Counted from the first letter of the whole stretch, positions 24,501 to 36,886 are shown. The stretch is DNA of 63,138 bases, filler included, from Intoshia linei (GCA_001642005.1; 5 parts of 5 records of this genome joined end to end with filler, not necessarily neighbours in it); one strand, 5' to 3'. The notes: generated from the letters alone by a model not told the origin. Made by a program: numbers and translations.

Positions 24501-27500
24501 ACAATTACAAAAATATTTTAAATAACAAATTGAATTGGGCACTAGGTATTCCCTAACCCTAGATGAGTACACTTCCATTAAAAACAAATGCTACATACAA
24601 TAACCATGCAACGAATGTAAACATTAATGTTCATGAGAAAGCAAAAAATTGGTCATTCGGTCTTATGAAATTAAATGGATCAATTTAATGTGCTAAACTG
24701 ATTGAAATACTTTCCAAAAAATTAAAAGAATTCAATATTTGTCTACATAAACACATAATTGAATGTACAACAGCGTCAGTTATGGTTAAATTTCGAAAAA
24801 ATAATGAATCACTAAATCTGTATAGCACACATATATGTCACCCAATTTATTTAGCAATAAGTGATACACTATACACCTCAAATAATAATAATGATCTTTC
24901 GGATTCAGATGCTGAAAGTGAAAATATCGATGTGGAAGAACTTGACGCTTTCGAATATATTGAAAACATAACTAATCTTGAATTAAACGAAAACTATAAA
25001 AATATTATACATAAAGTAAGACCAATTAGTAAATTTCTAGTAAAATTTTTAGAAAATCCTCAATTAAAAACGAAAAATTGCAAGATTTCGTTGATGGCGA
25101 ATTTGGTAAAGAAATGAATCCATTAATCGACATTAAAATTAGATGAAATATTCTATTATTTATAGATTATTAATAATAATAATATTATTACCTATTATAA
25201 TTATTACCTATGATTATTATATATTACCTATGATAACACGGTTTATAAAACTAAATAATGGTATACATAGAGCTCTCAGAGTAATTGGATCAACGTATAC
25301 AATTAAAAAACAGAATTAACTACTTTACAACATTTTATAGATGTTATAAGTCCTATAGAAGTTGTTACAAAAAATATATGCTCTAAAAATGCTAATTTTT
25401 TTGATGCAGAATCATCTACAATTTCTACTTAAAAAACTTAAATTAATTAATACATCAATTTCATTAAAATTTTATGACTCTATTTTTAAACGATATACAT
25501 CACATAGAAGTATAAAAAAATATATATCATATCTACATGATTTTAAAAATATGAGGGACAGTATTTTTCCATTATTGCCTAAAAAAATAATAAGATCAAA
25601 TATAGAAATACAACTTAAAAGATTGAATATTGACGACAATTTTAGTGAAAAAAAAACAATTCCGTGAACCTCAAATAGATCACGATATTTTTAATATTGA
25701 TAATCAATCTCAATTTTTAAAAGAATACATGAATACCATGAATACAAACATCATACCTATCAATAATAACATCAGCACTGTATTAAAATGTTATGAAATT
25801 ACACAACTAAGAACTCAACCTTTAGAATGATTATATAGGTTTATATTGTCTATTCTAGCGACAAATGTGGAAGCAGAAAGAACGTTTTCATCAGTTGGTC
25901 TACTTCTAACTAAAATTAGATTTAGGCTTTCAGATGAAAATATTGATGCACTATGTTTCTTAAAACAATTTTTTAAAGATGTCTAATAAATTTTAACCGG
26001 TTAATTTTTTTCCGGTTATTTGTCACCCCTACCCAGTATATAGTACCCAGTATAGTAATATATAACCATTCAATTTTTATTTTAATCGAAATATTTGAAA
26101 AATATTGGTTGAATATATATTAAAAATTATTTTTCACCGGGATTGCGTAGATTTCAGAGGTTGAAATTTTATATTTATATCAACTGGAATAAGCTGTATC
26201 AGAATAATTTTTTTTTTAAATTTTCGGACCGTTAATTATTTTATATTTTTTGTTTTAATAAAATATTTCGGAAAAAAAATATATGAATACTAAAATTTTC
26301 TTTTACAGTGAAGTTGTCACTTATTCGGATTGAAATTTTTTTTGTGTGTTAATAGGATACAACTGTACCACCTGTAATTTTTTTAAATTTAAAATTATGA
26401 TAATGTTTATGATTTTAAAATCCGTATCAGCGTATATATTTTTTTAAATTCTCCAACTCGTTTGATTTTCAAAAGAAGGACACTTAGGGTTTTTGACCCG
26501 TAAGATGTAAGTTTGGGAGGTTGAATTTTTTTTGCGAACACCTCAGGAAAAAACTGTAATTGAAATGTTGACTTTATAAAATTCTAAGACGGGTAGTTAT
26601 TTAAATAAAGTGGAACACACACAAACAAAAACTTACTTATATAATTATATAAGTAAAAATTAATAATCTGAGATTATGTATTAATCTTCAATTATCAATA
26701 TGAGTCACTCATATAAATTACCTGTCAATGTCATGATACAATTCGCTTTTCTAAATTTCCATATTTTCAACAAGTTATCTTTAGCACCAGAAGCAAATAG
26801 TTTATTCTCATTTGATAAGCTTATACATCTAATTGGCCCTATATTAATTATAAATAATATTAATATAGTCACATTTGAGTTTACATACGAGTTAATTTGT
26901 AGAATTTTTTAGATAATTTACAAATCTATAACATGTAGTTGCGATATTTTTTAGCTACATGTTCTAATTTGATTTAAATAAATGTATACCTGAATGCATT
27001 GAGTGCTAAGCACCGAAAAAATTCGCAAATTTTTCAAAAAATGTGACACCTTAATGCACACTAGTGCGTACATACAGTGCCAAACCTACCATGCTCGAAG
27101 CCACCCGAAAATGAAAAATAGGCTTGAATTTTATTTAAATTTCGGCAAGACCAACCTAAGAGGAGTCTCACAGTACGGTAGTTTTGGCACTTCGTATACG
27201 GTCGCAAATTATGCAATGCACATCCGTTTTTAAGTAGTTGCACAATATTTTGTACCTGAGTCTCAATACTTTATATGTACAATGTACATCGAAATTACTA
27301 TACCTTATGAAAAATACCTAGTAACACCTTGACATAACATAACCTATATAAAATTCGGTATGGAGGTTCTGATAGTTATATTCAACGATGAGAGCAATGA
27401 TTATGTGTTTAAATACAGATATTAAGTTTGAATAAAATCGCTGCAATAACCTTTAACCTTTCGCTGTCTAGTAAAATAATGAAAAATTTTATTCTTTTAA

Positions 27501-27785
27501 AGTGAATATAATTTATATAATATAATTATACAGCGAAAGAGTTAATTAAGTATTCTTTATCGTCATAAAATAACCAGTATGTCCGTTTAATTTGACAATT
27601 AATTTGTTTTTTAAAACATTGTATATCCTTATTCTTTCATCGTCTGAACCAGTGATAAGTATTTCTAAGTCCTTAGAAAATTCAATGCAATTTATATCAT
27701 CTTTTTGTACGCCGTGTTGACTAATATTGGGGTAATGATATCTTGTATATATTAAACTTTTAACTTGTTGCATGTTGCTTTTCAT
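21591..27785 (-). CDS. WDR38: WD40-repeat protein, WDR38-like (exons 27575-27785, 26722-26838, 23502-23600, ~23327-23408, ~22992-23123, 21591-21788; last exon not found)
   Basis: The spliced translation ITGSDD..LNGHTGPIRC..FASG..GHTKSVE..SGSWDRKVIMWD..GHQSLVQS..ATGCWD..GHKG..GILASGS..LKGHGSWIR parallels WDR38 repeat by repeat, from recalled sequence. Confidence 0.78.
21878..22125 (-). mobile_element. hAT remnant (P52rIPK/ZMYM1-type C-terminus) in an intron
   Basis: The translation LCGLALMNCHCDYNFDVESLVNEILILHSRRLDL resembles the end of a hAT dimerisation domain. GC-rich terminus CCCGTCTCCACCGCTG. Confidence 0.6.
23870..24117 (+). mobile_element. hAT MITE (CAGGGCCGTGGAGAG family) interrupted by a larger hAT element
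   Basis: Colinear with the intact copy at 30188-30423 up to the insertion point. Confidence 0.7.
24121..26031 (+). mobile_element. Decayed hAT transposon (transposase pseudogene)
   Basis: BED finger CTACSKKIKCGGGSISSLSYHLKVVH, catalytic YSLTLDEYTS and dimerisation motif ATNVEAERTFSSVGLLLTKIRFRLSDENIDALCFLK, broken by stops and frameshifts. Imperfect TIRs TAGTGTTGATAACCGG / CCGGTTATTTGTCACCCCTA and TSD CCCAGTAC/CCCAGTAT. Confidence 0.9.
26070..26645 (-). mobile_element. Non-autonomous Helitron fragment
   Basis: Reverse-strand homology to 12015-12400 and direct homology to 55735-56380. Confidence 0.7.
26996..27269 (-). ncRNA. Putative intronic structured RNA of unknown family
   Basis: Nested helices include GUAUUGAG/CUCAAUGC, GGAUGUG/CACAUUU, GUGCCAAAACUACC/GGUAGGUUUGGCAC, GUGAGAC/GUCUUGC and AAGCC/GGCUU. 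Many G-U pairs form only on the minus strand. Single copy in this window. Confidence 0.55.
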
Positions 27786-28961
27786 TTAAATTAGCTTTTG
27801 TGGTTGACATTTAACTGTATATACAAATAGTGTCTATAAATTAAACGTTTCAGGTATAGTTGATTTGTATGTAGACAACAGTACTGAATATATAGACTAT
27901 TTTAAACATTTACAATTGTTAACATTGTAGATACTTTACATTGTATTTTATATCATAGTATCGAGGTGTGTACAATGAACACTGTTCATTGATTACATAT
28001 AAAATAATTATCTATAGCAGTATATTCTACAACTATATTACACTGCTAATTTAGTTAATTATAATGTATAACAATAAATATAATCAAATATAAAGCATCA
28101 TTTACAATTTTAGTAAATGATTGATTAATTGAGTTCAATTTACAGTATGGCCAATTAATAAAATTAACAAATGTAATATTTTAAATGTTTTTTTTGTTAA
28201 CGTGATAAATGCGTTTACCGGTAAACAGTAAACTCCTTTGTTTAAATATACTCCAATCTAATATATGTAAATGTTCAATATAGTGATGCAATTATATTTA
28301 ATTATCCTCTTATTTTATGTTACACAAATAATACGTATTGATGAAAGAAGCTGAACCTATTTAACAATTTTTTAGAATTACAATCAAAATTACTATTGGC
28401 TAATATCACGTTTTATAAAGATTACAAAGAAAAGAATGTTTTATTTCTTGGCATAAATTTTAATTACAATGGGATACAAACAATCAATCTCACTTTAATA
28501 AAAAATTTAAATTTAAATGATGTGTCTATTGAATTAAATGAAAAAAGTTATAAAAAATAAAAATTGAACAACAGGGTTAATTTAATTATATATTTCAGCG
28601 TTTCGTAAATTTTAACTACCATGGAACCATACATACCCGACAAACAATATTTTATATATTTGTATAAACTATGACCAATGACATTGTTAATAGTATATAA
28701 TTTAAATATCATCTTTTCCAAAATTAAGTTTCATATCATAACGTTATACGTTTAGATTACATATTATAATAATTATGACAAAAACGCTATCGTGTCGATA
28801 ACAAAAATCAAGTCTGCACTGCAAATTAAATAAAGTGAGAATGCTGTGAATGTCAATCTGTTATATGTAACTAAACTTAAAATATTATATATTTTGTAAC
28901 AAGATGTACTTTATATAATAACATTTAGAGAACTTTTAAATTTGATAATGTTTTATATCAA

Positions 28962-31491
28962 ATGACTTATAATAACTCAACAAATATTTATACGCAATAT
29001 TTAAATATAATAAAGATTCCAAAAATATCAAAAAAGACTGACCATATTAATAATAAGAATATAAAAAATAAAAAATTAAACTTCAAAAATGTGACTAAAT
29101 TAAAAAATTGTAAAACACTGGCATGTATTAAATGTAATATTAAAAACAATAATAAAACATTAAATAAACGACGAATTAAAAGAAATTCAAAATATGAATA
29201 TGGAAATGAAACGACAAATTATTATGTTGAAATAATCTTTTTACTAGATTACACAATATGGAATCAGTAATATTATTAATTCAAATTTTAAACCTACACT
29301 TCCAAGATCCAATTCTACTATGCAAGAACCCGATTAATACACTCATTTCATTACCTTCTATTTTTTATTATTTTTTTCACGAACTAAATTACAAACAATA
29401 TGATTTAAATTTTCATATAACTATAAAATAACATGATTTTTTTATGGGTAACTTTGTAATCAAGAATTTGGTTTCTTATCAGAAATACATCGTTAATTAT
29501 GTATGTATTTATGAATCCGCTCACGAATTGGCTCACAAGTAATATTTTGATACCTGTTAGTCCATCTCAAGAGTATAAACAATTCTCTAAGTATCCCTCA
29601 CATACGACTAGTTCTATTTCGTCCATAACTCCACCATTTTCATAAATTGTCACCTTCTATAATACATAATATTTCTAGAAATTAAAATGAATGTGAAAAT
29701 TAAATACAAGGTTATATCGATTCCTTCTTATAATATTAGTTTCTGATTTAATTTATCATTTTTTAAATTAAAAATATGAATTCGTTTGACTAAGTTGTCA
29801 AATGCAATCAACAGTTGCTTGTAGCAAACTGTAAATTAAATTATTTGAAGGAATTTTGAACTTATTTTTAGTTTGGGAGCTGATCATGATGGTGATAATA
29901 ATAATTGCAAAAGTTCAAGCAACTATATAATGACACCTATAGGTGGAACTGCAAAAGAAAAAAATTATAAAAATTCGTATAAATTTTCTTCTTGCAGCAT
30001 GAAAAGTATCAAAGAAACTTTAAATGGAGATTTAGATAGGTAGTTTACAAAATTTTAATTATTTGGTTAATATTTTATTTTTAATTGTATACAGTAAATT
30101 TTGTCTATAAGAAACTATTTTTAGTTGTTTTTATATAAAGAGTCGAACATTAATTTAGTGAATAATAAAAATTTTTGTACATTAGTGTAGGGCTGTGGAG
30201 AATCAGCAGTAGTCTCCGCCAAATGGAAATTGTAGGCCCTTATAAAAATTGTTTCAAAAATGGTACCTCTATAAATTACTGAATCGATCGTTCATTATAT
30301 AAAAATTTCGAAATTTTGGTATACTTAAGAAATTTTCCATTATCTATTAATACATTAAAAAGGTAGTCCCTCATGATTGTAGTCCCAGGCATATTGCCAT
30401 AGCCCACCCTCTCCACGGCATTGCATTAGTGAAAAAATTTACCAAACTATGGAAATATTGAAAACTGTTTTTATAGAGTGTTCTTATATACATATTTTAC
30501 TATAATAATTTTCTTATTTATTAGATCTATAACTGAATAATCTTTATTAATATAAAAGTAATATACATATATATTAGAAGTTAAATTAGTTTAATAGAGT
30601 TCGTTAAAATGCTGCATTCCTCTGACAGATTAAAAAATACATTGAACTTTTCTTATCAATATGTGAATTTCGATAAAAGTATCAATTTCTGATGTTTCAC
30701 TGTTTAATTAACTCGATATCCAATTATACTGCATAACTCACAATCACAATGAGAAAATTAGTATCTTTATTCATGTATCCTGTTGTAGCTAATTTATGAA
30801 ATTGTCATGATCAAAACTATTATATATTTGAATTCTACAAATACGATTCTACAATAACTACAAAAATTCCTTTAACACGGTTCTAAGCATAACTTTGGAC
30901 TGTATTTAGCAGATTCGAACCTACCGAAACAACCTAAACAATTGCGACTACGCAAGGTTCAACTACGTCTAGTCTTATTATCTCTACAACAGCTACAACG
31001 ACCTCAACTCCAGTTACAAATACATCAACTACGGCGACACCCACTACTCCTCCTCCAACTACAGTTCCTATTACAACAACTACAATGAGTACAACACGAA
31101 CACCAACAACAACTACAGCGACAATAACAACATCGACTATGACTCCTTCAATATCATCTACCACTGCGACAATTTTAACATCCCCGCCTACAATCTTTTG
31201 ATGGTAATCATTATATAATCAATGATATATGACTGATTTATCAATACTTAATATATTTTTTAGAAAATTGTTCGGACACATTCAGTGAATGTGGTGCCAT
31301 CAAAAACTTATGTAATACGAATAACTTTGGATTGGAAATGTTTGAAAATTGCAAATCTACATGTAATCAATGCCATTTAAGTAAATTTTTAAATAACCAT
31401 TAATATTTAAAATAAATTAGCATGCTATGAACGTGAAAGTGCAATTTTCCATGTCTATAAGTTGGGTACTTATGTATGGATACATTGCTAA
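28962..31491 (+). pseudogene. Reprolysin (M12B, ADAM/ADAMTS-like) metalloprotease with Thr-rich mucin stalk and ShK domain, probably decayed
   Basis: Furin site RRIKR, then YYVEIIFLLDY, the spliced zinc motif HELAHN-LGADHD, Met-turn YIMTP and FSSCS. Thr-rich tract at 30912-31200 and ShK-like CSDTFSECGAIKNLC..FENCKSTCNQC. Stops occur in 29330-29440 and the catalytic domain is too short. Confidence 0.72.
30188..30423 (+). mobile_element. hAT MITE (CAGGGCCGTGGAGAG family), intact
   Basis: TIRs TAGGGCTGTGGAGA / TCTCCACGGCATTG with a perfect 8-bp TSD CATTAGTG. Confidence 0.85.
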
Positions 31492-32095
31492 GAGGCTTTC
31501 AAAGATGGTCAATGCGTAAATCAAATTGTCAGTATATTAACAATAATGAGTTGGTAAAAAAAAATGGAAAAATACACCCTTATTTTTAAATAGGCTTTAG
31601 AAATCTTTATTAATGACATAATAGCAAACATGTTTAAAGTGAGAAAGACTAGAGCTAATACGATCGGCAAAACTTCATTCCATGAGGAAATCACGGTTTT
31701 AGGGTTAATTCGTTGTAAATGTTCCATCATTGATAATGTAGAGAATGTAACAATTTAAATAATCAAAAGCTTCAAATGTTTTGTTGATCTCTTTATGTGG
31801 AAACAGTGGTCACTGTCTATTCTATTATAAACGAATTATGAGAATGTGGCGCTACCATGTCAATTAATAATAACATTTTAACAAATTTCAATTTAATTAA
31901 ATCTACACATGTATTATAACTATTAATAATTGTAATTATATTTATTCACGCTGCAAAATTAAGCGCCATTAATGTCACTTATAAATGATAATTTATCAGT
32001 TACATTAGTTAATTATGTTTTCAATATAATCAAATTGGAATAATTAAAAATGTATTAAGATAAAATTCAAATTTATTAAAATTTCAACAGATATA

Positions 32096-33341
32096 TTAGT
32101 CATCTTTGAGCCATTTTGCTATCCAAGGAGCATAGTAAGTTATAATCAAATCAGCTCCTAATTGAAAATATTAAGATATTAAAATAATATATTTAATTTA
32201 AATTAAAATTAGAGGTATCATTAATGTTCACTAAACTTAAAAAATGTAGTTGTATCACGTAAAGTCGATTATATCATATATTATGTAGCCTCATCCTCGT
32301 GCCCGCGAGAAAATTGATATTTTTATGGAAAAATTTTCAATGTTACTATCCACTTTATTGTGATACAGACAAACCTGTTTATTTTAAAATTTGATTTTGT
32401 TTAAAATAAAAATATTTTTGACGAATTTGTGACACTAATAAATGGAATTTACATGTACAAAAATATATATTGTTTATGTTAAATGATTTTTAAATATATT
32501 TGGATCGGGGTCATATCATTATAGATAAAATATTTGATGCGATAAGTTATTACCTTGATTTAGAAACAAAAATGTACATTTTAAATTAAATTTAAAATTT
32601 AGTTGTAAATTTGATACAAAACAAAATAAAATCAGGGTTATTTTAAAATAAAGTTTTTTAAAAAGTTTTATGTGTACTAGCTTGACTGTTATGTATTTCG
32701 TACAAACAGCATCGTAGCTCTGCCGTGGGCGAACTTTTTTAATTCTATCAAAAAAATAAATTAAATAATATAATCTTAATTAAAAATGCTGACTCACTTT
32801 TATCAATCCTTTAAACGTTAAATTAGTGTTTCTAAACTTGAATTTCACATTATATTTGAAAATAAATAATAGTATTTTTCTTGCCACTTTAACTGAAGGC
32901 TTCAATTTCTGAGAATAACATTAGCGATAAAACATCACTCTCGAAAAAATATATTAAAAATTTGGTTTTGACAATTCAAGGACAGTGGTTCTCAAAGTGG
33001 TACTTTTGTCCACATGAAAAATATTGAAATCTAATAAAATGAAGATAATCTTTTTTTAACAATAAATTAAAATTAGATTAAATTATTATTTATTATCGAT
33101 GTATTAACTCTTAATAAACTATTAACTCAGTATCCATCGCACGAGTAAGTGTATCATAATATCAATAAATAATGTAATCGAAAAGCCCATGTGATTGATA
33201 ATAAACAAATAATATACCAGCTCGTTTTATAGATTCCATAACTTCAAAGACTGCAGACTGTAGGTTGCTTTCATCAAAACATTTATTCAACATCATACAT
33301 TCACCTGAAACATGATAAGCGGCCATAGGATAATCCGGAAA
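32096..33341 (-). CDS. ALAD: Delta-aminolevulinic acid dehydratase (porphobilinogen synthase), last two exons only (33218-33341, 32096-32157)
   Basis: The spliced translation FPDYPMAAYHVSGECMML...AVFEVMESIKRAG-ADLIITYYAPWIAKWLKDD* matches the metazoan ALAD C-terminus. Confidence 0.85.
32677..32850 (-). mobile_element. Helitron 3' end fragment
   Basis: ACTAG-CTTGACTGTTATGTATTTCGTACAAACAG is the reverse complement of the family hairpin plus CTAG end. Confidence 0.7.
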
Positions 33342-35262
33342 CTAAATAGAAATGCAATATATTAATCAATTAATTAAAATAAAACTACGAAAATGAACCT
33401 TACATAATAGTCTCATACAATAGATATTTTTCCACGCGTAACTGGGAAATTCCATGTGATACGACATATTGTAGTAACCTGACCAATGGTCAGTGACCAT
33501 CTTCAATTTTAATAAAAATTTGCAAAAATAATAATTATAGCACTTAACACAATGCGTGTTACATATATGTATATTTTATTAACGATTTAATTTCCCAAAT
33601 TCTGGCAATTTACATTATTTAAATTGTATTCAATGCATAATATGCATTGCATATAATTTAGCAAAAATCCAAAAAATTGAACTAGAAACAAATTTAAAAA
33701 AATAAACTGTATAACTAAACACGCAGAACAATATTATAAAGCGGTACCACGTTTAAAAGCTCAAACACCAATTTCCGTTAAAATAAAGTTCAGTTTTAAT
33801 TTTTTCATAATATTTTTAAAAGGATATTTAAAATAACAAATGCAACTTGAATAGATAGCGTTAAATGTTTTTGATTGCGAATTAGTTTTTCTATTTTAAA
33901 AATTACACACTTTTAGTGCTAATTGCCTTAATTGTTTGATGGGTGTGACACCCTATTGTATATACATGACCGCTACGTTATTATTTAAAAAATCTCACTT
34001 TTATCTCACGATAAATACAATTTAATAAAAATACCATTTCAAATCCTCATGGAAAAATCGACATTTACCGATATTTTTTTGAAAAATTCACTTAAATTAA
34101 GTCTTCATTAAATCCCAAAATAAAAAATCCACTTTTACCAAATCTTAATGAGAAAGGACCTTTATTTTTTTCATAAATGTTTTATATTTCATTTTTCCTT
34201 TGAGGTACAAAAAAATAAATATATTGAAATATGGGTGCGTACACTATTTGAAACGGGAACCACTGGACTAACACTTAGTGATTATTTATCTATTTAACAT
34301 TCAAATTGCAGTAATTCGGAGTTATCTATTTCTGATTCATTGAGACATTTCATCATAAAAATTTTTTATGATACTATCGGATTTATTAATACACTCTTGT
34401 ATAGAATTACTACTCATATGTTTAAATGCAAATTTGAGACGATTTGAAACATCAGACAAATTGTCTGAGACAATTTAGTGTTAAATGATACATTCATTTA
34501 TTGACAATAAACAAAAATATAAATTTATTTTGTATCATTAGTATTGTGTACGTAGGGGTTTTTATTTTAAAATACCTAAACTAGGAAAGCAGGTATACCA
34601 ATCAAGTATACATGTACAATAGAGTGTTAACTTTTACTACTTTTATCAATTAAAAAAAAAGTATATTTCGGTATCTGGGTTTTTTGCTATGCTGAACAAA
34701 ATGGTAAAAAAATTTTTTAATTTCGTTAAGAATAACCCTCGCGCATTTGTCATTTATCAACAATTTTCCAAAAAATAAAAATAAAGTTAATTTCGGTAAA
34801 AATTAGTAAGTTGCCATCACTATTCGTGTACCTGTAGCCCTGGAAGTGCGGGACTTCTATTATTTTCATGTGGTTACAATATTTACATACATTTCTTCGA
34901 TTAATAATACATGATTTTATATACTATTCTTCGATTTGTGCTGTCAAAACTCTTATTATATTCCAAAAGATATAGACAATAAATATTGCTGTTTGATATA
35001 CCAATCATCATGTTAGGTATGTATAGATTCTGTTCGGATAAATGACATAAATCGAACTCTTAGAAAATATCACAAAATATCATGACATTAGTATGCAAAT
35101 GAAAAAATTGAGCTTTATAAAACATTTGACAAAATATTTTATCTGAAATCTAAACAAATAGAAATTTATGTTATTGCTACAATGTAAGAAGAGATGATGA
35201 TGAAAGCCAAGATGTGAGTATATCAGTCAGTATAGTCATAAAATTAAAAAAACAGTAAAAAT

Positions 35263-35362
35263 NNNNNNNNNNNNNNNNNNNNNNNNNNNNNNNNNNNNNN
35301 NNNNNNTTAATTAATTAANNNNNNNNNNNNNNNNNNNNNNNNNNNNNNNNNNNNNNNNNNNN
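35263..35362. other. Assembly gap with synthetic linker
   Basis: N44-TTAATTAATTAA-N44. Confidence 0.95.
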
Positions 35363-35533
35363 TTCATGATTTGCTAGACGATAATTTTGCGCATCTTTAT
35401 AGCTATTTGTATAAAATATATATATATATATAGTATTTTTTTAAGTTCATTCATTTGAAGATGGATAAATTATAATTTATATTATTTTTAATTATCATTT
35501 ATTGTATTTTTCATAAATGTTGCATATTAATAG

Positions 35534-36858
35534 GACATAAATTATGATGCTAGTTTATTAGTAACATGTGGATTAGATCATTGTATAATGCTGTATTCAC
35601 TTCAGGACCAAAATTTAATTGATAACATTGACAAATGTGAAATGCTAATCAAAAAAGGAAAATGCATTAACCAAAAATCGTTTTATTTTCTCTAAAAGTA
35701 TACATTTTAATTTAGTGAAATTTATCCAATTGTGTATCATTTCCCAGTCAATTCTACTCGTAAAATTCATACAAATTACGTGGACTGTGTCAAATTCTTT
35801 GGAAAATTTATATTATCAAAGGTAATTATTTTATTATGTTAAGATGCTGTGTAATTTAAAATACATGTACGTTATTGTTGACGATGTTTACTTGACCGTT
35901 ATGGTCAATTTTTGACTTTGTAGTGTCTAAAATACGCTCACCAATTTTGAGAAAAATGACAATTATGTTGAATTATTGATTTTATCAAATTTTAGAGTAT
36001 AGAAAACAAAATTGTAGTTTGGCAATTTTCGGATAGAGTTGATTCTTTATTAGAAAAATTAGAAATACGTCATGATGAAATTTTTACAGAAAACGTTTTT
36101 GTAATCAAAGAATTTCTGTACGACAATAATGAAATTTGGTTCATTAAGTTTGATATTTCTCCTAATCGAAAAGTACTTTTTATATATAAAAGAAATAAAT
36201 GAAATTTTTTTATTATAGATGCTTTGCACGGGTAATCACCTCGGAAAAGTTTTCATTTGGGATCTATTGTCCGATAACCTCAAGTAAGTTAATAAAATAG
36301 TGAGAAATACAAGGGTTGATTTTATGCCTTAATTTTTTTTAGTCCTTACAAATTTTACAAAATAGATACACTTTTTATTTTATCTAAAATATGTCTGTCG
36401 GTACAGACTCTGTAACCGATTATTTCAGAACGTAAGACGTAGAGTTTTAAGAATCTACATTTATTATAAGGTTTTTCAATAGTGGGTTTTATCTACAATT
36501 TTATGGTCAAAAATTGGGTCCTTCAGGGTAAAAAACCAAATTAACCTTTTTTTAAATTTAGAAAAAAAAATTTATCGTGATTTTTACATTTATAATATTT
36601 GATTATAAAAAATGAAAAATAACTCATTTTTAAACATGACCCGTCGTGTTATATATACGTGTATCATATTTATTGGTGCGTTATGAAAAAAGATTGAATA
36701 CATTTTCACTATTTGAAATTTATTTAATAATTAGATGCCATTCACTCGATACTGGAGTAACTGTACCCGTTCGAAAAGTCACATTTGACAGAAATTCAAA
36801 TACCATTGTGGCTGTAAATGATTTGTCTTCTATTTATATATGGAGACTTGTACAATAA
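35534..36858 (+). CDS. EED: Polycomb PRC2 subunit EED/ESC, 5'-partial (five exons)
   Basis: The spliced translation [93 protein letters not shown] matches the C-terminal WD repeats of EED. Confidence 0.9.
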
Positions 36859-36886
36859 TGTAACAAATATATTTACAAGTATGACA

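Noticed and set aside
27203-27226. U1 snRNA-like words (CGGAUGUGC, UGCAUAAUUUG)
   Set aside because: There is no 5' AUACUUACCUG and the spacing is incompatible with U1.
27003-27243. Short ORFs on both strands (76 aa and 60 aa)
   Set aside because: They have non-ATG starts and no motifs, and the flanking WD40 exons join without them. Higher GC explains the open frames.
30934-31164. Val-rich minus-strand ORF
   Set aside because: It is the antisense shadow of the Thr-rich (ACN) mucin exon on the plus strand.
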